A DNA stretch of 64,000 nucleotides from Cyanophora paradoxa CCMP329. Its lineage: Eukaryota > Plantae > Glaucophyta. Positions 48,701-61,102 of this stretch are shown in pieces. The notes below the pieces were generated by a model. It saw only the letters and a program-made list of their open reading frames with translations. It searched no databases and had not been told where the DNA came from. The position numbers were made by a program, and so were the translations under genes. Location of the stretch: NCBI GenBank assembly GCA_004431415.1, contig QPMI01000445.1:62001-126000 (forward strand), given 5' to 3'. The first letter of the stretch is position 1, and each line of letters starts with the position of its first letter.

Positions 48701-51553
48701 ACGCGGCGACGCTCAGGCGGCCCTCGGCGACGGCCTCCGCGAAGGGGACGACCATCTGCCGCGCCCGGCGTCGAGGCGGGGCCGGGGGGCGGGGACGGGG
48801 CAGGCGGGAGGAGCTGGGCGACCTGCGCGAGGAGGCGCAGGGTCGCCCGACAGAGCGCCCGCGGGGGCGGCTCTTCGAGCCCGTCGCCCTCGCCTGCGCG
48901 CCGGCGCGGGGTCCGTCGGCGGGAAGGCGGCGGGAGGGGGCGCCGGTGCTCGCCCGGGGCCGGCGCGGGGACGAGGGCGAGGGCGCGGGGCGGGGCGGCG
49001 GCGTCGGAGAAGGCGGCGAGGTCCTCGGGCGCGAAGGCCCCGAAGGGGTGCAGGCGGTAGTGGGTCAGGCAGAGGCCGCGCGGCGGGGCCACGAGCGTCG
49101 GGTTCAGCGCGCGCTCGGGCCGCTCCCCGCCCGGCGCCGTCGCCGGGGCGTCGTCGGGCGCCGCGGACCACGTGCGGAACCTTGTAATTGACGGGTGCAG
49201 CCGAATCGGCGGGCGGAAGCCGGGCGGGGGGGCGGAAGCCGGGGCGGGGCGCGGGGGCGCACCAGTCCGCCATCTCGCGCTCGACGTCGTTGAAGGCGGG
49301 GGCCAGGAGCTGCACCCGCCGCTCGCACTCCGCGCGCCGCGACCCGAGCCTCGGGTCGTGCGTCCGCAGCTCCGCCGGCTTCCAGCCCTGCGCCGCCGGC
49401 GTCAACACGGAGGCCGACCCGAAGCGGGGGCGCTCGCAGGGGGGCCGCGCCTTGAGGCGGGAGCGGGCGGACTCGTGGAGCTGGGCGATGCGCTGCGCGT
49501 GCGAGTGCCGCTGCACCCGCACGCGCGCGAGCGGCGGCACAGCCGGCGAGAGCCAGTACTCCCACACCTGCGCCGCGGCCTCAGAGCGGCCCGCTCGGCC
49601 GCGGCCGGCCCCGGTGGCGGCCCGGGGCGGGGGCGGCACCTCGCGGAGGAGGGCGAGGTCGCCGGGGCAGGGGACGCGGAGCCAGGCGCCGAAGGGCGAG
49701 GCGGCCCAGGCCTCGGGGCTCGCGGCGGCGCCGGCGAGGGCGGCGAGGGTTGCGTTGAGGCGGCGGCGCTCGCCGGGGGGCATCTCGAGGCAGAACCAGG
49801 CGCGCCAGAGGAAGCGCAGGTCCTCGGGGGCCGGGCGCCCCATCTCCGAGGCCGCCGCAAGCAGCAGCACGTCCCTGCGGCGCGCACCGTGAGCCCTTCG
49901 ATCCGCGGCGCGGGCGGCGGGCCGGGGCACCGGGCGAGGACGCAGCGGTCGATGTCGCAGAGGCTGAAGGCGAGGCGGGGCGCGCCGGGCCCGGCCGCCT
50001 CCTGCGCCGTCCGCAGCACGTTCCGCACGTCCCCCACGCCCACGAAGAGGGCCGAGACGGGGGCGCCCCCGCCCGCGGCCGCCGCCTGCGCCCCGCCCGC
50101 CCCGCCCCGCTCGCCGCGCGCTCAGGGAGGAGGCTAGGGAGGGGAAGAGCAGCGCCCGCCTGCAGGAGCTCCTCGCGCGTCGCCGCCGGCCGCGCCTCCG
50201 TGTTCCCGAAGGGGTACTGCCCCAGGCGTCAGCCAGCGGGCGGGAGGCACGGGGCGCCGGGGGCGGGCAGTGGGGGCGCGGGCGCCTGCAGGTAGTGGTT
50301 CTCGAAGGAGACGTGGTTGGAGAGGCGGGCGCCGCCGGAGGCCGGCTGCGGGACGCGCGCGGTGCAGGCGTCGAGCCCCGCGCCGCCGCCCTCCCAGCGG
50401 CCGTCGCCGGGGGCCCGCCCGGGTCGGGCCCTCCAGGGCGGCCTGCGCCGCCTCCAGCTCCGCCTCCGCCTCCTCGTACCCGGGCGCGAAGTCGAGCGCG
50501 AGGCGCAGCGAGGCGGCCGCGTCGACGGGCCGCCCGAGCTCCGCGAGGGCCATCCCCGCCCGCAGGAAGAGCTTCGCCGCGACGGCGTGCCTGTCGCGCG
50601 GGACCAGCGAGGTCTGGCACGGCGCCTGCCGGTCCGCGGCGGTGAGGGCGGACGCGCGCGCGCAGGGGCGCGGCGACGTCGACGGGGGCGGACCGCGAGG
50701 GCGAGGTCGGCGCACTCCTCGAGGCGGCCGAGGGAGAGGAGGGCGGCGGCGAGGTTCGCCCGCGCCGCCACGTCCCTCGCGTTCAGCTCCAGCGCCCGCC
50801 GGTACAGCGCCCCGCGCCCTCCCGCGCCTCCCGCGGCCCTGCGGGCGGCGCCCGAGCGTCAGCGGGGGCCGCCGCTCCGCGCGCGCGCGGGGGCCGCGGC
50901 CGACCTCCGGGGAGAAGAGCCTGTTCCCTTCCTCGCGCAGCTTCCGGGCGGAGTCGGCGGCCTCCGCGGCCCGGAGCGCCGCCTCGCGGCCGCGGCTGTA
51001 GGCGGGCGCCGAAGGGTCGGCCGCGGCCGCGCTCGAGCACGCCTCCGCCGCTTCGGCGAATCGGCCCAGCGCAAACAGCGTCTTCGCGTGCTTAAAGCTT
51101 CCAGTGGCCTGCGGGGATGACGCGCGCGGTCGGATCACGATCGCTACCGTCGCGCAGCTCCGGATGCGGCATGTGTACAGCGTACCTTTCGCGTTCCCAG
51201 GCCGCAGCTTCAGCGACGCGCGCGCATCGGCCTCCGCGTCCTCGAGCCGGCCGCCTCGCAGGTACGCGGCCGATCTGCGAGCGCGACGCGCTCAGCATAT
51301 GCGCGTTAACCAGGGGGATGCGCGTGCGCATATGCATGCATATGCACCGGTTCGCCAGGATCGTCGCGCGCTCCGTCGCGCTCGCGCTGCTCCATTCGCG
51401 CGCGTTGATTGCATTGGAGTACGCGCTAATCGCTTGTTCATACTTGCCGGCCTTGTAAAACTGCGTCCCGAGCTCGTTCGCCTTGTCAGGCCGGGACCGT
51501 TGCTGCAAGACTTCGAACTTCTTGATGTCGTTGAGGTACTTTTCCAGGTGCAT
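45328..51553 (-). CDS. TPR + DUF4470 + MYND zinc-finger protein
   Basis: TPRs (ANELGTQFYKAGKYEQAISAYSNAI; ILANRSAAYL; LREEGNRLF); YPFGNT and LFVGVGDVRNVLRT...CDIDRCVLARDVLLL (DUF4470); CAACG...LRACARCQAACYCGRDCQRAHWNAGHKEQC (MYND). Confidence 0.85.
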
Positions 51554-51861
51554 AGCTATAGCTCGACACCGCCGCCGCAGCGGCCGCAGCGGCACACACC
51601 GCGCGCGGACAATGCGGAGCGGTTGCGGTCCCGGGTACGGTATACGTAGCAATTTGCCCCGAGCTGCAATCGTCGGTTACATCGCACGACGAGGCCTCGA
51701 TCCAGTTCGATTTAGCCTCCAGTGGCAATACTAGACGCCGCGAGGCCGGGCTGAGCCTAGCTCGCAAGCGTTACGGCCGGCCGAGCCCTGAATCGCGGAG
51801 CGCTCTGCCCCGCCGCCGAAACCGGTCTGGAGTCGAGAAACGTAGAAACAGAGACTTCAGT

Positions 51862-54033
51862 ATGGAAGAATTGGACTTCGGCCGGTCGACCTCGACCAAC
51901 ACCTCGCCGAACGCGACCCGCACGCCGTCCGGCCGTACAGTAACGCGAACGCTGGAGATCACATCCTCGTCGCGTTCGTCCTCTGGCCCAGCACAGCCGG
52001 CCGAGGGCGAGAAGACCTCGAGCGCGGCATGGGTTCGCGGCCCTCAGTCTCGCATGCAGCTGTCGGCCTCGCTGACCGCTCCGGCACGCAGGCCCTGCTC
52101 CGCTCCGACCTGATGGATTCGCGGAAGCAGCTGACCGAGCTGACGATCGAGGCGGAGCGGCTGCGGGCGGAGAACGCGCGGCTGCGCGACGCCGGCGCCT
52201 CGGGCCTCGAGCGGCGCTTCCGGGAGGAGACGGCGCGCTACGAGGCGCAGCTGGACGAGCTGCGCGAGGCGCTGCGGGCCGCCGAGTCGCGCGGGCGCGC
52301 CCTCGAGTCGGACCGGGAGCTGCTGGAGCGCAAGCTCTACACGATCCGGGAGGAGTGCGCGGCGCAGCAGGGCAGCGTCGTGGAGCGCATGGCCGTCGAG
52401 CACGTCGCCGCGCAGCAGCGCGCCGAGGAGGAGGCCGCGTGCGCCCCGCGCCCGCGCCCGCCCAGGCCGGGCGGGACCCCGCTGATGGCGGCGCAGGCGG
52501 CTGCGGCGGGAGGCGAAAGAGCTGCGGGGGCGGCCGACGAGGCGGCGCTGCTTCGCGCCGAGCTCGACGAACTCCGCCGCGTCATCCAGGCGCGGCCCCT
52601 CCGCCCGGGCCCCGCCCCGCCCCGTCCCGCCCGCCCCTGAGCCCCGCGCAGGAGGGGGGCGCCTCGGAGCGCGGGCTGCTGGCGGTGATGCGCGCGTACC
52701 TCCTCTCCCGCGGCCTCCTCGCCGAGGACGACCCCCGCCTCGTGCGCGCCGCCGGCCGCCCCGCCGGCGCGCGCTCGCTCAGGCGGCGGCAGGGCTCGGT
52801 GGGCGGGGCGGCGGCGGCCATCGCCGCCGCCTCGTACGGGGCGGCGCCCCCCGCGGCGGACTGGGACGAAGGGGCCGAGGAGGGCAACGGCTTCGGCGGG
52901 ACGGCCCGCTCCGGCGGCGGCTTCCGTGCGCCCCGGCGAGGGGGAGAGGGCGGACGCCGCGGCGGCTGACGCCGCGGGCCGAGCAGGGGACCTCTCGCCG
53001 CCGAAGCGGCGCCCGGCGACGGCGCGGGCGCACCACGCGAACTGCTTCCCTGGACCGACGGGCAGCAGCCGGCGGCGCCGGGCGGCGCCCGGCCCCGCTC
53101 CTCCGCGCCCGGCCCCGACAAGGTGCGCCGGTGCCCCGGGCCGCACGCTCTCCGCTTGAAGGCTGACCCGCGGGGCAGGCGAAGCAGCCGGCTGGCACGG
53201 CGTCGTCGCGCTCGCGCATCGGCTTCGTGCGGGGCACCCCCGGCACGCCCCGCACCCCGGGCCTCGGCGGCGGCGGGTGCGCCCCGCCACCCACCTCCCC
53301 CGCCCGCGCCCTCGCTCACGACGCGGCCGGGGGGGTGCAGGGCGGGGGCGGCGGGGGTCTCGTGCGCGTCGTGCGGGATCAGCGCCGCGTCGGCACGCAA
53401 GTTCGACGACGTCGCCTCCGAGATGCAGCGCCTCCGGTGCGGGGCCCCCGTCTTTCCGTCCCGGCCGCGCCCATCTAAGCCCGCCGCGCAGGGAGCAGAT
53501 GAACGCGCTGATGCTCGAGCGCGCCGAGATCGCCACCGAGCGCTCCGAGGTGCGCCGTTTCAACCCTAGACACGTGAAGCGGGAATGGGGCGGACCGGGC
53601 GGGCGGGGGCCAGATGGAGCGGAGGCGCGGGGAGGTGGAGGCGCTGGCGGCGGAGGCGCGGCGGCAGGCGGCGGAGGGCGCCTCCCTCGAGGCCGAGCTC
53701 GAGCGCGCCCGCAAGGAGGCCGAGTGCCGCGAGAAGCTCCGCCACTCCCGGTCCGCGATCCGAGGCTTCTAGCATAGGGCATTCGACGTCTGAGCGGCGG
53801 GCTGGCAGGGAGCTGGAGCGGGTGAAGGCGGAGACGGAGCGGGAGCGGGCGGCGATGGCGGCCCGCCTCGCCGCCCTCGAGTCCCTCCTCCGCGTGCGCC
53901 CCCGCCCCGCCCCGGCCCCGCCCCTTCGCAGCCCCCCTGACCCGGGCCCTCCCGCCCGCCCGCCCCTCAGGACCGGGAGCCGGCCCTCTCGGGGGCGCCC
54001 TCCACCGGCCTGGCGACCCCGGGCCGCCGCTGA
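51862..54033 (+). CDS. coiled-coil hypothetical protein
   Basis: Spliced heptad-rich exons LTELTIEAERLRAENARLR, YEAQLDELREALRAAE, ELERVKAETERERAAMAARLAALESLL. Confidence 0.7.
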
Positions 54034-54070
54034 GCGCGCGAGGCGGCCCGCAGGAAATTGAAGGCGTACT

Positions 54071-54106
54071 GTTCACATTAACGGTTGTTCACATTAACGG
54101 TTGTTC
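54071..54106. repeat. 16-bp tandem duplication between convergent 3' ends
   Basis: GTTCACATTAACGGTT x2 followed by GTTC. Confidence 0.8.
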
Positions 54107-54157
54107 TTAAGATCGATAGCGGGACTGTATGCGGGTTCGCGTAGAAGCTAGGTAAGG

Positions 54158-57100
54158 CTACACGTCGTAGAAGCTGCCGCGGGCGGGGGCGTCGGCCAGG
54201 ATCGAAGCGTCCCCCAGGGCCCGCGCAGCGCGGCCGGCCGGCGGGCCGATGGGCTTCGCTTCGAGCGTCTTGGGCGGCCCGGGGCGGGGCCAGCCGCCAA
54301 GCGGGCCGACGTTCTCCTTCCCCCTGCCGGCGGCCGCGGTGGGCGGCAGGCGCTGCGGTCCCGTAGGGGGGCGCGCCGGGCCCGGGGCAGGGGCGGCCTG
54401 GCCCTTGCGGAGGTGCGGGGGGGTACCCCGCCGGAAGTTGATGACCGGGGGCGAGGCGGAGCGGGGCGCGGGGGCGGCGGGGTCCTCCCAGGGGGCGCAG
54501 GGGGAGAAGCCGCCGGTGGGGAGGCGGCGCGGAGGCCGGGGAGGGGCGGGGCGACGGGTGCGGCGCCCGTCGCTGCGGGGGGAGGGGAGCGGGCGCCGGG
54601 CTGGGGCGAGGGGAGCGGCTGCGGGCGGAGGCGCGGGTGGGGATGTCGGGTCCCGGGAACGAGGGCCCGTAGCTCAGGATGGGCGGCGGCGACGTGCGGC
54701 GCGCCGGCGGCGGACGGGCGGCGGGATGGCGGGGCGTCGTAGCGGGCGGGAGGGGCCGCCGGAGCGGCGGGAGCGGGGCGGGTGCGCGGGCGGGGGCCTG
54801 GAGGGCCGCTGCTGGGGCACCGGGGCGGGCCGCTGCGCGGGCGCCTGCGGGGCGGGCCTGGGCGGCTGCCGCTGCTGCGGCGCGGGGAGGGCGGGGGCGG
54901 AGGAGGAGGCGGGAGGGGGCAGGGCGAGGGCCGGGGCGGGCCGGGGGTACGCGGGCCCCGCGCTGATGAACGAGTTGTAGAACTGGAGGACCCGCGGGTG
55001 CGCTGAGAAAGAGAGAGCAGGGTCAAGAAGGGCGTCGGGGAGGAAAGGCGCAGAAAGGCGTACCCCGGACGCAGCGGGGGTCGAAGTCGAGGAGGCGGAG
55101 GGTCTCGAGGGAGGTGGCCCGCGAGAGGGCCACGTACGCCTGGCCGTACTCGAAGACGCCCTTGAGGGAGATCTCGAGGCTGTCGATGGTCATGCCCTGC
55201 CGACGCCGGGTCGAACGCTGCGGGAGGGGGGAGGGGGGAGGGGGGGGGGAATCCGAGGGGGCTACCTGGCTCTTGTGGATGGTCATGGACCACGCGAGCA
55301 TGAGGGGGATCTGCCGGGCGCGTCAGGGGCGGCCGGGGGGTACGGGGCGCGGCAGCCCGCCTGCTTGCGCTGGGCGAGCTGCGGGGGGAAGGGTCAGGCA
55401 GGTAGGGGAAGAAGCGGGGCAGGGATAGGGGCGCACGACGACGCCGTCGAGCTCGACGCTCCACACGTGCGGCTCGATGCCGCGCTGCGGGCAGGCCGTG
55501 GGTGGGGGTGGGGGGCGCGGACGGGGGCGCGGGGCGGGGCGGAGCAGGGCGGGCGAGGAGGGCGCACTATGTCCTGGTTGAGGAACTTCACGTGGGGGAT
55601 GTGCTGGCGGGGGGTACGGGTTAGAAGAGCGCGCGTGCTGGGGCGGGGCGGGGGGGCGGGGCGGGGGGTACGAGGCCGTTGACGGAGCGGAACTCCTCGA
55701 CGACGCCGCGGCTCCCGTTCACGAGCCCGTTCTGCTGGTCCAGGTTCTGCAGCAGCCTGGCCCCGCCCCGCTGCTGCTCGGGCCCGCTCCGACGGGGCGG
55801 GGCGGGGCGGGGCGGGGCGCGCACATGACCTGGGCGCCCTTCTTGAGGACGAGGTTCGCGGGCGCCGGGCAGTTGTTGATCAGCTGCCCTCGGGAGTGAG
55901 ACAAGGGGCTGGGGCTGAGGCGGGGGGCGGGCCTGGGACTTGTAGGGCTCGCTGCCGGAGTCCGAGGCGGCGTAGGTCTGGGCCTGCTCGCGGATGGCCT
56001 CGAGCCGCCCCGTGTTCTCCGCCTCCACGTTCGCCTGCCGGCCGCCGCCGTCAGCGGCTTGGCCGCGGCTTACAACAGAGGCGGGCGCGCCTTGCGGCAG
56101 AAGAGGCGGGTCGTCTCGATCTTGGCGGCGGACCCGTTCCCGTTCCCACCCGCCGCCGCCGCCTGGCCGGCCCCCGAGGGGTCGTTGCGCTGGCACGCCG
56201 CCAACCGCGCCGCCGTCGCCGGCGAGACCCGCCCGAAGCGCAGCTGCGCGCCGCGTGAGCCCTACATAGGGACGTCGAAGAGACCAGGCCGGCGCGCCTC
56301 GTTCAGGATCGCGACGAAGTCGGCGTCTGCGGGGCGGGTCAGCAGAGAGAGAGGGGGCAGTGGTGGCGCGGGGTGCGGCACCGCGCTGGCGGAAGACGCG
56401 CTTGAGCTCGATGTTGACCATGCCGGCCTTGGCCCACGCCTCCGTCTCGAAAGCGAAGCGCTTCACGTCGCTCCCCACCGTCACCGGCGGCAGCCTGGCC
56501 GTCGGCCCCTCAGCGGGGGCGGCCGGCCGGGGCGGGGCGGGGCGGGGGAGCAGGGGGCGGACTGGAGGAAGTCGCCGACGAGGACGAGCTGGATGCCGCC
56601 GAAGGGCCGGCCGCTGCCGCTGCGGCGCACGGTGCGGCCGATGTAGTCGAGCTTCTCGAAGAGGTCCCCGTCCAGCATCGATACCTCGTCAATCACCTGC
56701 GCGGGGCTCGCCGGGGGGGCCCGGCGGGGGGCTGGGGAGCCGCACGAGGACGAGGGTGCGCTCCCAGCGGGCGAGGGCGCGGCGGCTGCCCTCGACGCGC
56801 GAGGCGAGCGTCTCCTTGGACTCCTTCCCCAGGCCGACCCCGGCCCAGGCGTGCACCGTGCACCCCCCCAGCATCGTCGCCGCGATCCCCGTCGGCGCTG
56901 TGATCGCCAGGCTCGCCTGCGCTCGCGGGGGCCCTTTAGCCGCCGCCGGCGCGCCGGGCTCGCTCGCTCGCTGGCTCGCCTGCATGCCGCGCTCGCGGCG
57001 GAGGACGTCGATGGCGCGGCGGAGCAGGAAGCTCTTGCCCGTCCCCGCCGACCCCGTCACGAACACGTTCCGCCCCTCCAGCACCTGCTCCACCACGTAC

Positions 57101-58520
57101 TGCCGTACCCCCCGTCGGCGGCCGGGGGGGGAGGGGGAGGGGGTACGCGCACCCTCTGCTCGTCGCTGAGCTCGGGCTCGAACACGGGCTCCCTCTTGCC
57201 GCGCTTGCCGCCCCTCGCCGCCTGCTGCTCGCTGAGGCGCTTCTGGCGCGCGTGCGGCGCCACCGCCCGCCCCCCGAAGTCCTCCTCCCCGTCCCCCTCC
57301 GGGACCGCCGCCAGAGCCGGGGGAGACGCGGACGGGGCCCACGCGTCCGGCTCCGACTGCCACTGCGACTGCTGCGGCGGAGCCCACGGCTGCTGCGACG
57401 GCGGCCGGGCGGGCGCCCCAGGGCGCTGCTTCCAGGGGGCGGGCACGCCCGAGGGTGGCTGGGAGGCGGGGGCGGGGAGCGCCGGCGGCTGCGAGGGGCT
57501 GAAACGCGGCGCCTGGGGATCCGCGGCAGACTGCACGCGTGCCAGGAGCTCCTCCACCGTCCTCAGTCCCCCGTGCTGCTGCTCCAGGCGACTGAGTCGC
57601 TGGGCCGCCCCGGCGGCGAGCATCCTCTGCAGGTACGAAGCGCCCGGGTCGCCGCTCGACGCCTGCGGAGAGTGAGAATCGGCGGGTGTGAAGGGACGGG
57701 CCGGTCTGCCCGCACCAGGGGCTGCCCGAACTGCAGCGATATCTGCCGCGCGGTCATCGCCTTCTGCAGCCTGGCGCCGAAGCCAGCGGGTCCGCTCGCC
57801 GAGGCCGAGCTCTGTGATCGCTGAAGTGTTTCCTGCAGCCTGGCGCTGTCGCTCACGACCGCGACCCGCGCTCCAGCCGGCAGCCTTTCGATCGCATCCA
57901 CGAGCTGAAAGATCGAAACATCGTTCGGCCCGCACTCGATGAGCTCGTCCATCGCTCGCAGCGCCCCGAGAGCATCTCGGTAGGATGTGAAGATCGCGCA
58001 CACAGTCGCTGCGCTCTCGATTAGCCCGGCAACTGGGGGCACGTTCGCTTGCACCGAGCGCACCGGGGCCAGCTGTGGGGCAGCTCGAGATATGGACGGT
58101 GAACTTCCGCGTGTGGTCAGGTGCGGTGAAGGACGAGTGCTGCTGGGAGGAGGACGGCGGGGAGGAGGACGGCGCTGCGGGAAGCGACGACGCGCCGCCC
58201 TGGCCGAGCAGCGGCTGGGATGCGGAAAGCGCTGGCCATGGGGTTTCATTCGTGCCGTGCAATGCGATGGCTTCCATCCGACCTCCCGCGGCGTACGGCT
58301 CCGCCGGAACCAGGGCGAGATCAAATCCGGAGTTTGAACAGGAGGCCGTTGTGGTCGGCGGGCTTTGGCTGCTGCCTGGCGAAGGCGCTGCATCCCAACC
58401 CCCGCCTGGCTGCTGCTGCTGCGATGCGGCGGCGGCGGCGCGATTGGCGGCCAGCTTCGCGAGGGCGGCCTGTCTGTTCGCCTCCGCCCGCGCCCGCTGC
58501 TCCTCCGTCAACGCGCCCAT
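54158..58520 (-). CDS. PIF1: PIF1-family 5'-3' DNA helicase with extended N-terminus
   Basis: [13 protein letters not shown]; ITAPTGIAA; [10 protein letters not shown]; [19 protein letters not shown]; ELKRVFRQ; [13 protein letters not shown]; LVNGSRGVV; [19 protein letters not shown]; [13 protein letters not shown]. Confidence 0.97.
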
Positions 58521-58619
58521 CGCGCCACACCGTCTTGCGCTGCCTCCGCTGCGTGCTCGAGTCGCTACGCAGTCTCGCCGTCTCTACTGTCTCGGTCGAA
58601 CCGGGGTACACTGTCAAAG

Positions 58620-60406
58620 ATGGCGCGGCGCCCGCTCCTTGTCCTCGCCGTCCTGGTGCTCGTACTCGGCGCCAGCGATGCTTCGTTCCTCCATGGTGGC
58701 CTCTCGAAGCTCGCGCACGAGCTGAGGGCTTTCCTGCCCGGTGCGCCAATTGCAATCTGCCCGTCGGCTGGTGGGCGGCGCGCACTGAATTCCGCCTGGT
58801 TCAGTTCCGGTGGCGGCGCAGGCGACTCCAGTGCCGCCGCCTCCGGCCCCGCACGGAGAGGTGCTCGTGTGGCGTAAAACGGAGGAAGTGCAGGGCATGG
58901 GGCCGGTTCGCGCCTCTGTCCTATCGTCACGTACACGCACTCATCATTCTCGTGCAGACTACCGTCTCCGTGTACCTTCTCATCCCCTCGATGGTCCTTG
59001 CTCTCCGTATACGTATGCATGAGCGCGGTCAGCCGACTCTCGCCGCAGACCTGGGAGATCGAGATCCGCAACAAGCAGGTCTCGATGCGGAAGCCCGTTG
59101 GCCGAGGTGCGCGGCGCGCGAGCGCTATCGCCCGGCGGCCTGGCCCGCCGGGCGCGGCTGTTCGGAGGCCCCTAGGCCGAGTGCCGACGGGACGGTGGGG
59201 CGGCAGGGACGCAGGTGTGCGTGGACGAGAAGTACCTGCTGGAGATGCTGGAGCACGACCCGCACCTGGTGCAGTACAGGGAGCTCATCGAGAAGATCCT
59301 GCGCGAGCTGGGCCAGATCCCCGCGAGCATTTTCTCCGTCTGCGTGGAGCTCGCCGACCTCGTCGTCACCCAGACGAGCGCCAAGGTGCCGCCCCGCCGG
59401 CCGCGCCGTCGCCTGCGGCTGCCGCTTCCGCCCGCCTGATCATGCCCGCGCTCGCCGCTGCCGGGCATGCGCAGGGCTCGGTGAAGCTGGTGGAGAAGCT
59501 GCTCTGCTTCCAGGAGAAGTGCGTGAAGGACGAGGAGCGCGTGCTCGGCTCGTTCGACCGCCCGCTCGAGCCGGCTGCGGCGCTGGCCGCCGCCGCGGAC
59601 CCGGCGCCGGCCGCCTCCGAGGTCCTCGTCTTCCGCAAGACAGAGGAGGTCCAGGGCGTCGGCCCGGTGCGCGACTGCGACTTCGAATTCGATCCCGCGG
59701 CCGCGGATTCGATGCGGGGTGGCGGGGCGCGCAGACGACGGTGTCGGTGTACCTGATGCTGCCGGGGCTGACGTGGGAGGCCGAGCTGCGCACGCGGGAG
59801 GCGGCGGTGCGGCGGCCCTTCGCCCAGGGCGACTCGGCGTGCGCGGACGACCAGTTCCTCCTCAAGCTCGTCGAGGGCGACCCGAACCTCGCCAAGTACC
59901 GCGAGGCATGTCCCCGTCGCCGTCGCCCGCCCGCCCCAAAGCTTCCCGAGGCCCGCTGACGCCACGGGCCCCGGCAGCTCATCGAGAGGCTCCTGAAGGC
60001 GCTGGGGCAGATCCCCGCGAAGGTCTTCTCCATCTGCGCCTCCCTGCGCGACCTCGAGGTCTCCCAGACCTCCGCCAAGGCCCGCCCGCCCCAGATCCGA
60101 GGTCGGGTTCTCGCGTCTGACGCGGGGCGGGGCCAGGGGACGGTGCTGCTGGCCACGCACGTGCTCTGCATCGAGGACAAGTGCCTGGACGACAGCGAGC
60201 GCGTGCTCGGCTCCTTCGACCGGCCCCTCCAGCCCGCCGCCGCCCTCGCCGGCCCCGCCGGCCCCGCCGGCGCCGGCGCGGCGGGCGCCCTCGGGGAGGT
60301 GATCGCGCGGGCCCGCGGGGCGGCGAGGGCGGCGATCGACGCGGCGACCCTTGAGCTCGCCCGCGCCGCCGCCGCCGAGATGCGCGAGGAGGAGGCCCGC
60401 GGCTGA
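58620..60406 (+). CDS. secreted protein with two tandem copies of a ~135-aa Cys-containing domain
   Basis: Signal peptide MARRPLLVLAVLVLVLGASDA; both repeats run EVLVxRKTEEVQGxGPTTVSVYL...LGQIPAxxFSxC...QTSAKG...ERVLGSFDRPL. Confidence 0.85.
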
Positions 60407-61102
60407 GCCCGGAGCCCGCCCGCCGCGAGGCCCCACCCCGGGGCCCCGCTCCGCTAGATCGTCCCAGGACCTCGTCGACGTCTAGATCCTGTACCATTAA
60501 TACCAGCCCTAGTAGCTTTTCCTAGTTTCGCCCCTGCGTACGCGCGTGACTCAGTGAGGCAGTTCGCACCCGGTGACCGACGCCCATGCCGCACCCTCTC
60601 TCTTGCTTGTACAGATGCTTTCGTAAATCTCCAAGACCTAGCTATAGGTTAGCGGCATTTGGCAGCCCAAGCTCGCTCCTAGCTCATCATGGCATTGGCC
60701 GTCAAGCGCTAGCGGCGTGATTGTTGTAACGAATATGATAATCCCTATTGAATGCTGAAACTCACAAGGTTGCAAAAAAGGGCCTACGTATACGAGTATG
60801 ACCTCTTGGAAACGACGACTCAAGGCTAGAATTTCGAATCGAATCTACACCTACGTATACAGCCCCTGACTCGCGGTCTACATGATCATGAAGCCTACGG
60901 CCATGCGCCTTCGCTGCCGCACAATCAAAAAGGTCGCGAAGAATCATATTACTACTCTCGGTGCAGTAAGCCGCGCATATGCATCGATCTCGCGATCGAG
61001 GGGAGTTGGAAGCACTTGAAATGTAAATCAGATGCGCCACACTGCTGTTAGACACTACACTATGAACAAGTTTCGCCAGCGCGTGGCGCCGCGGACGTAC
61101 GG

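Noticed and set aside
54158-58520. PIF1 as part of a Helitron
   Set aside because: No HUH/Rep domain, intron-rich host-like structure, and ordinary genes closely flanking it
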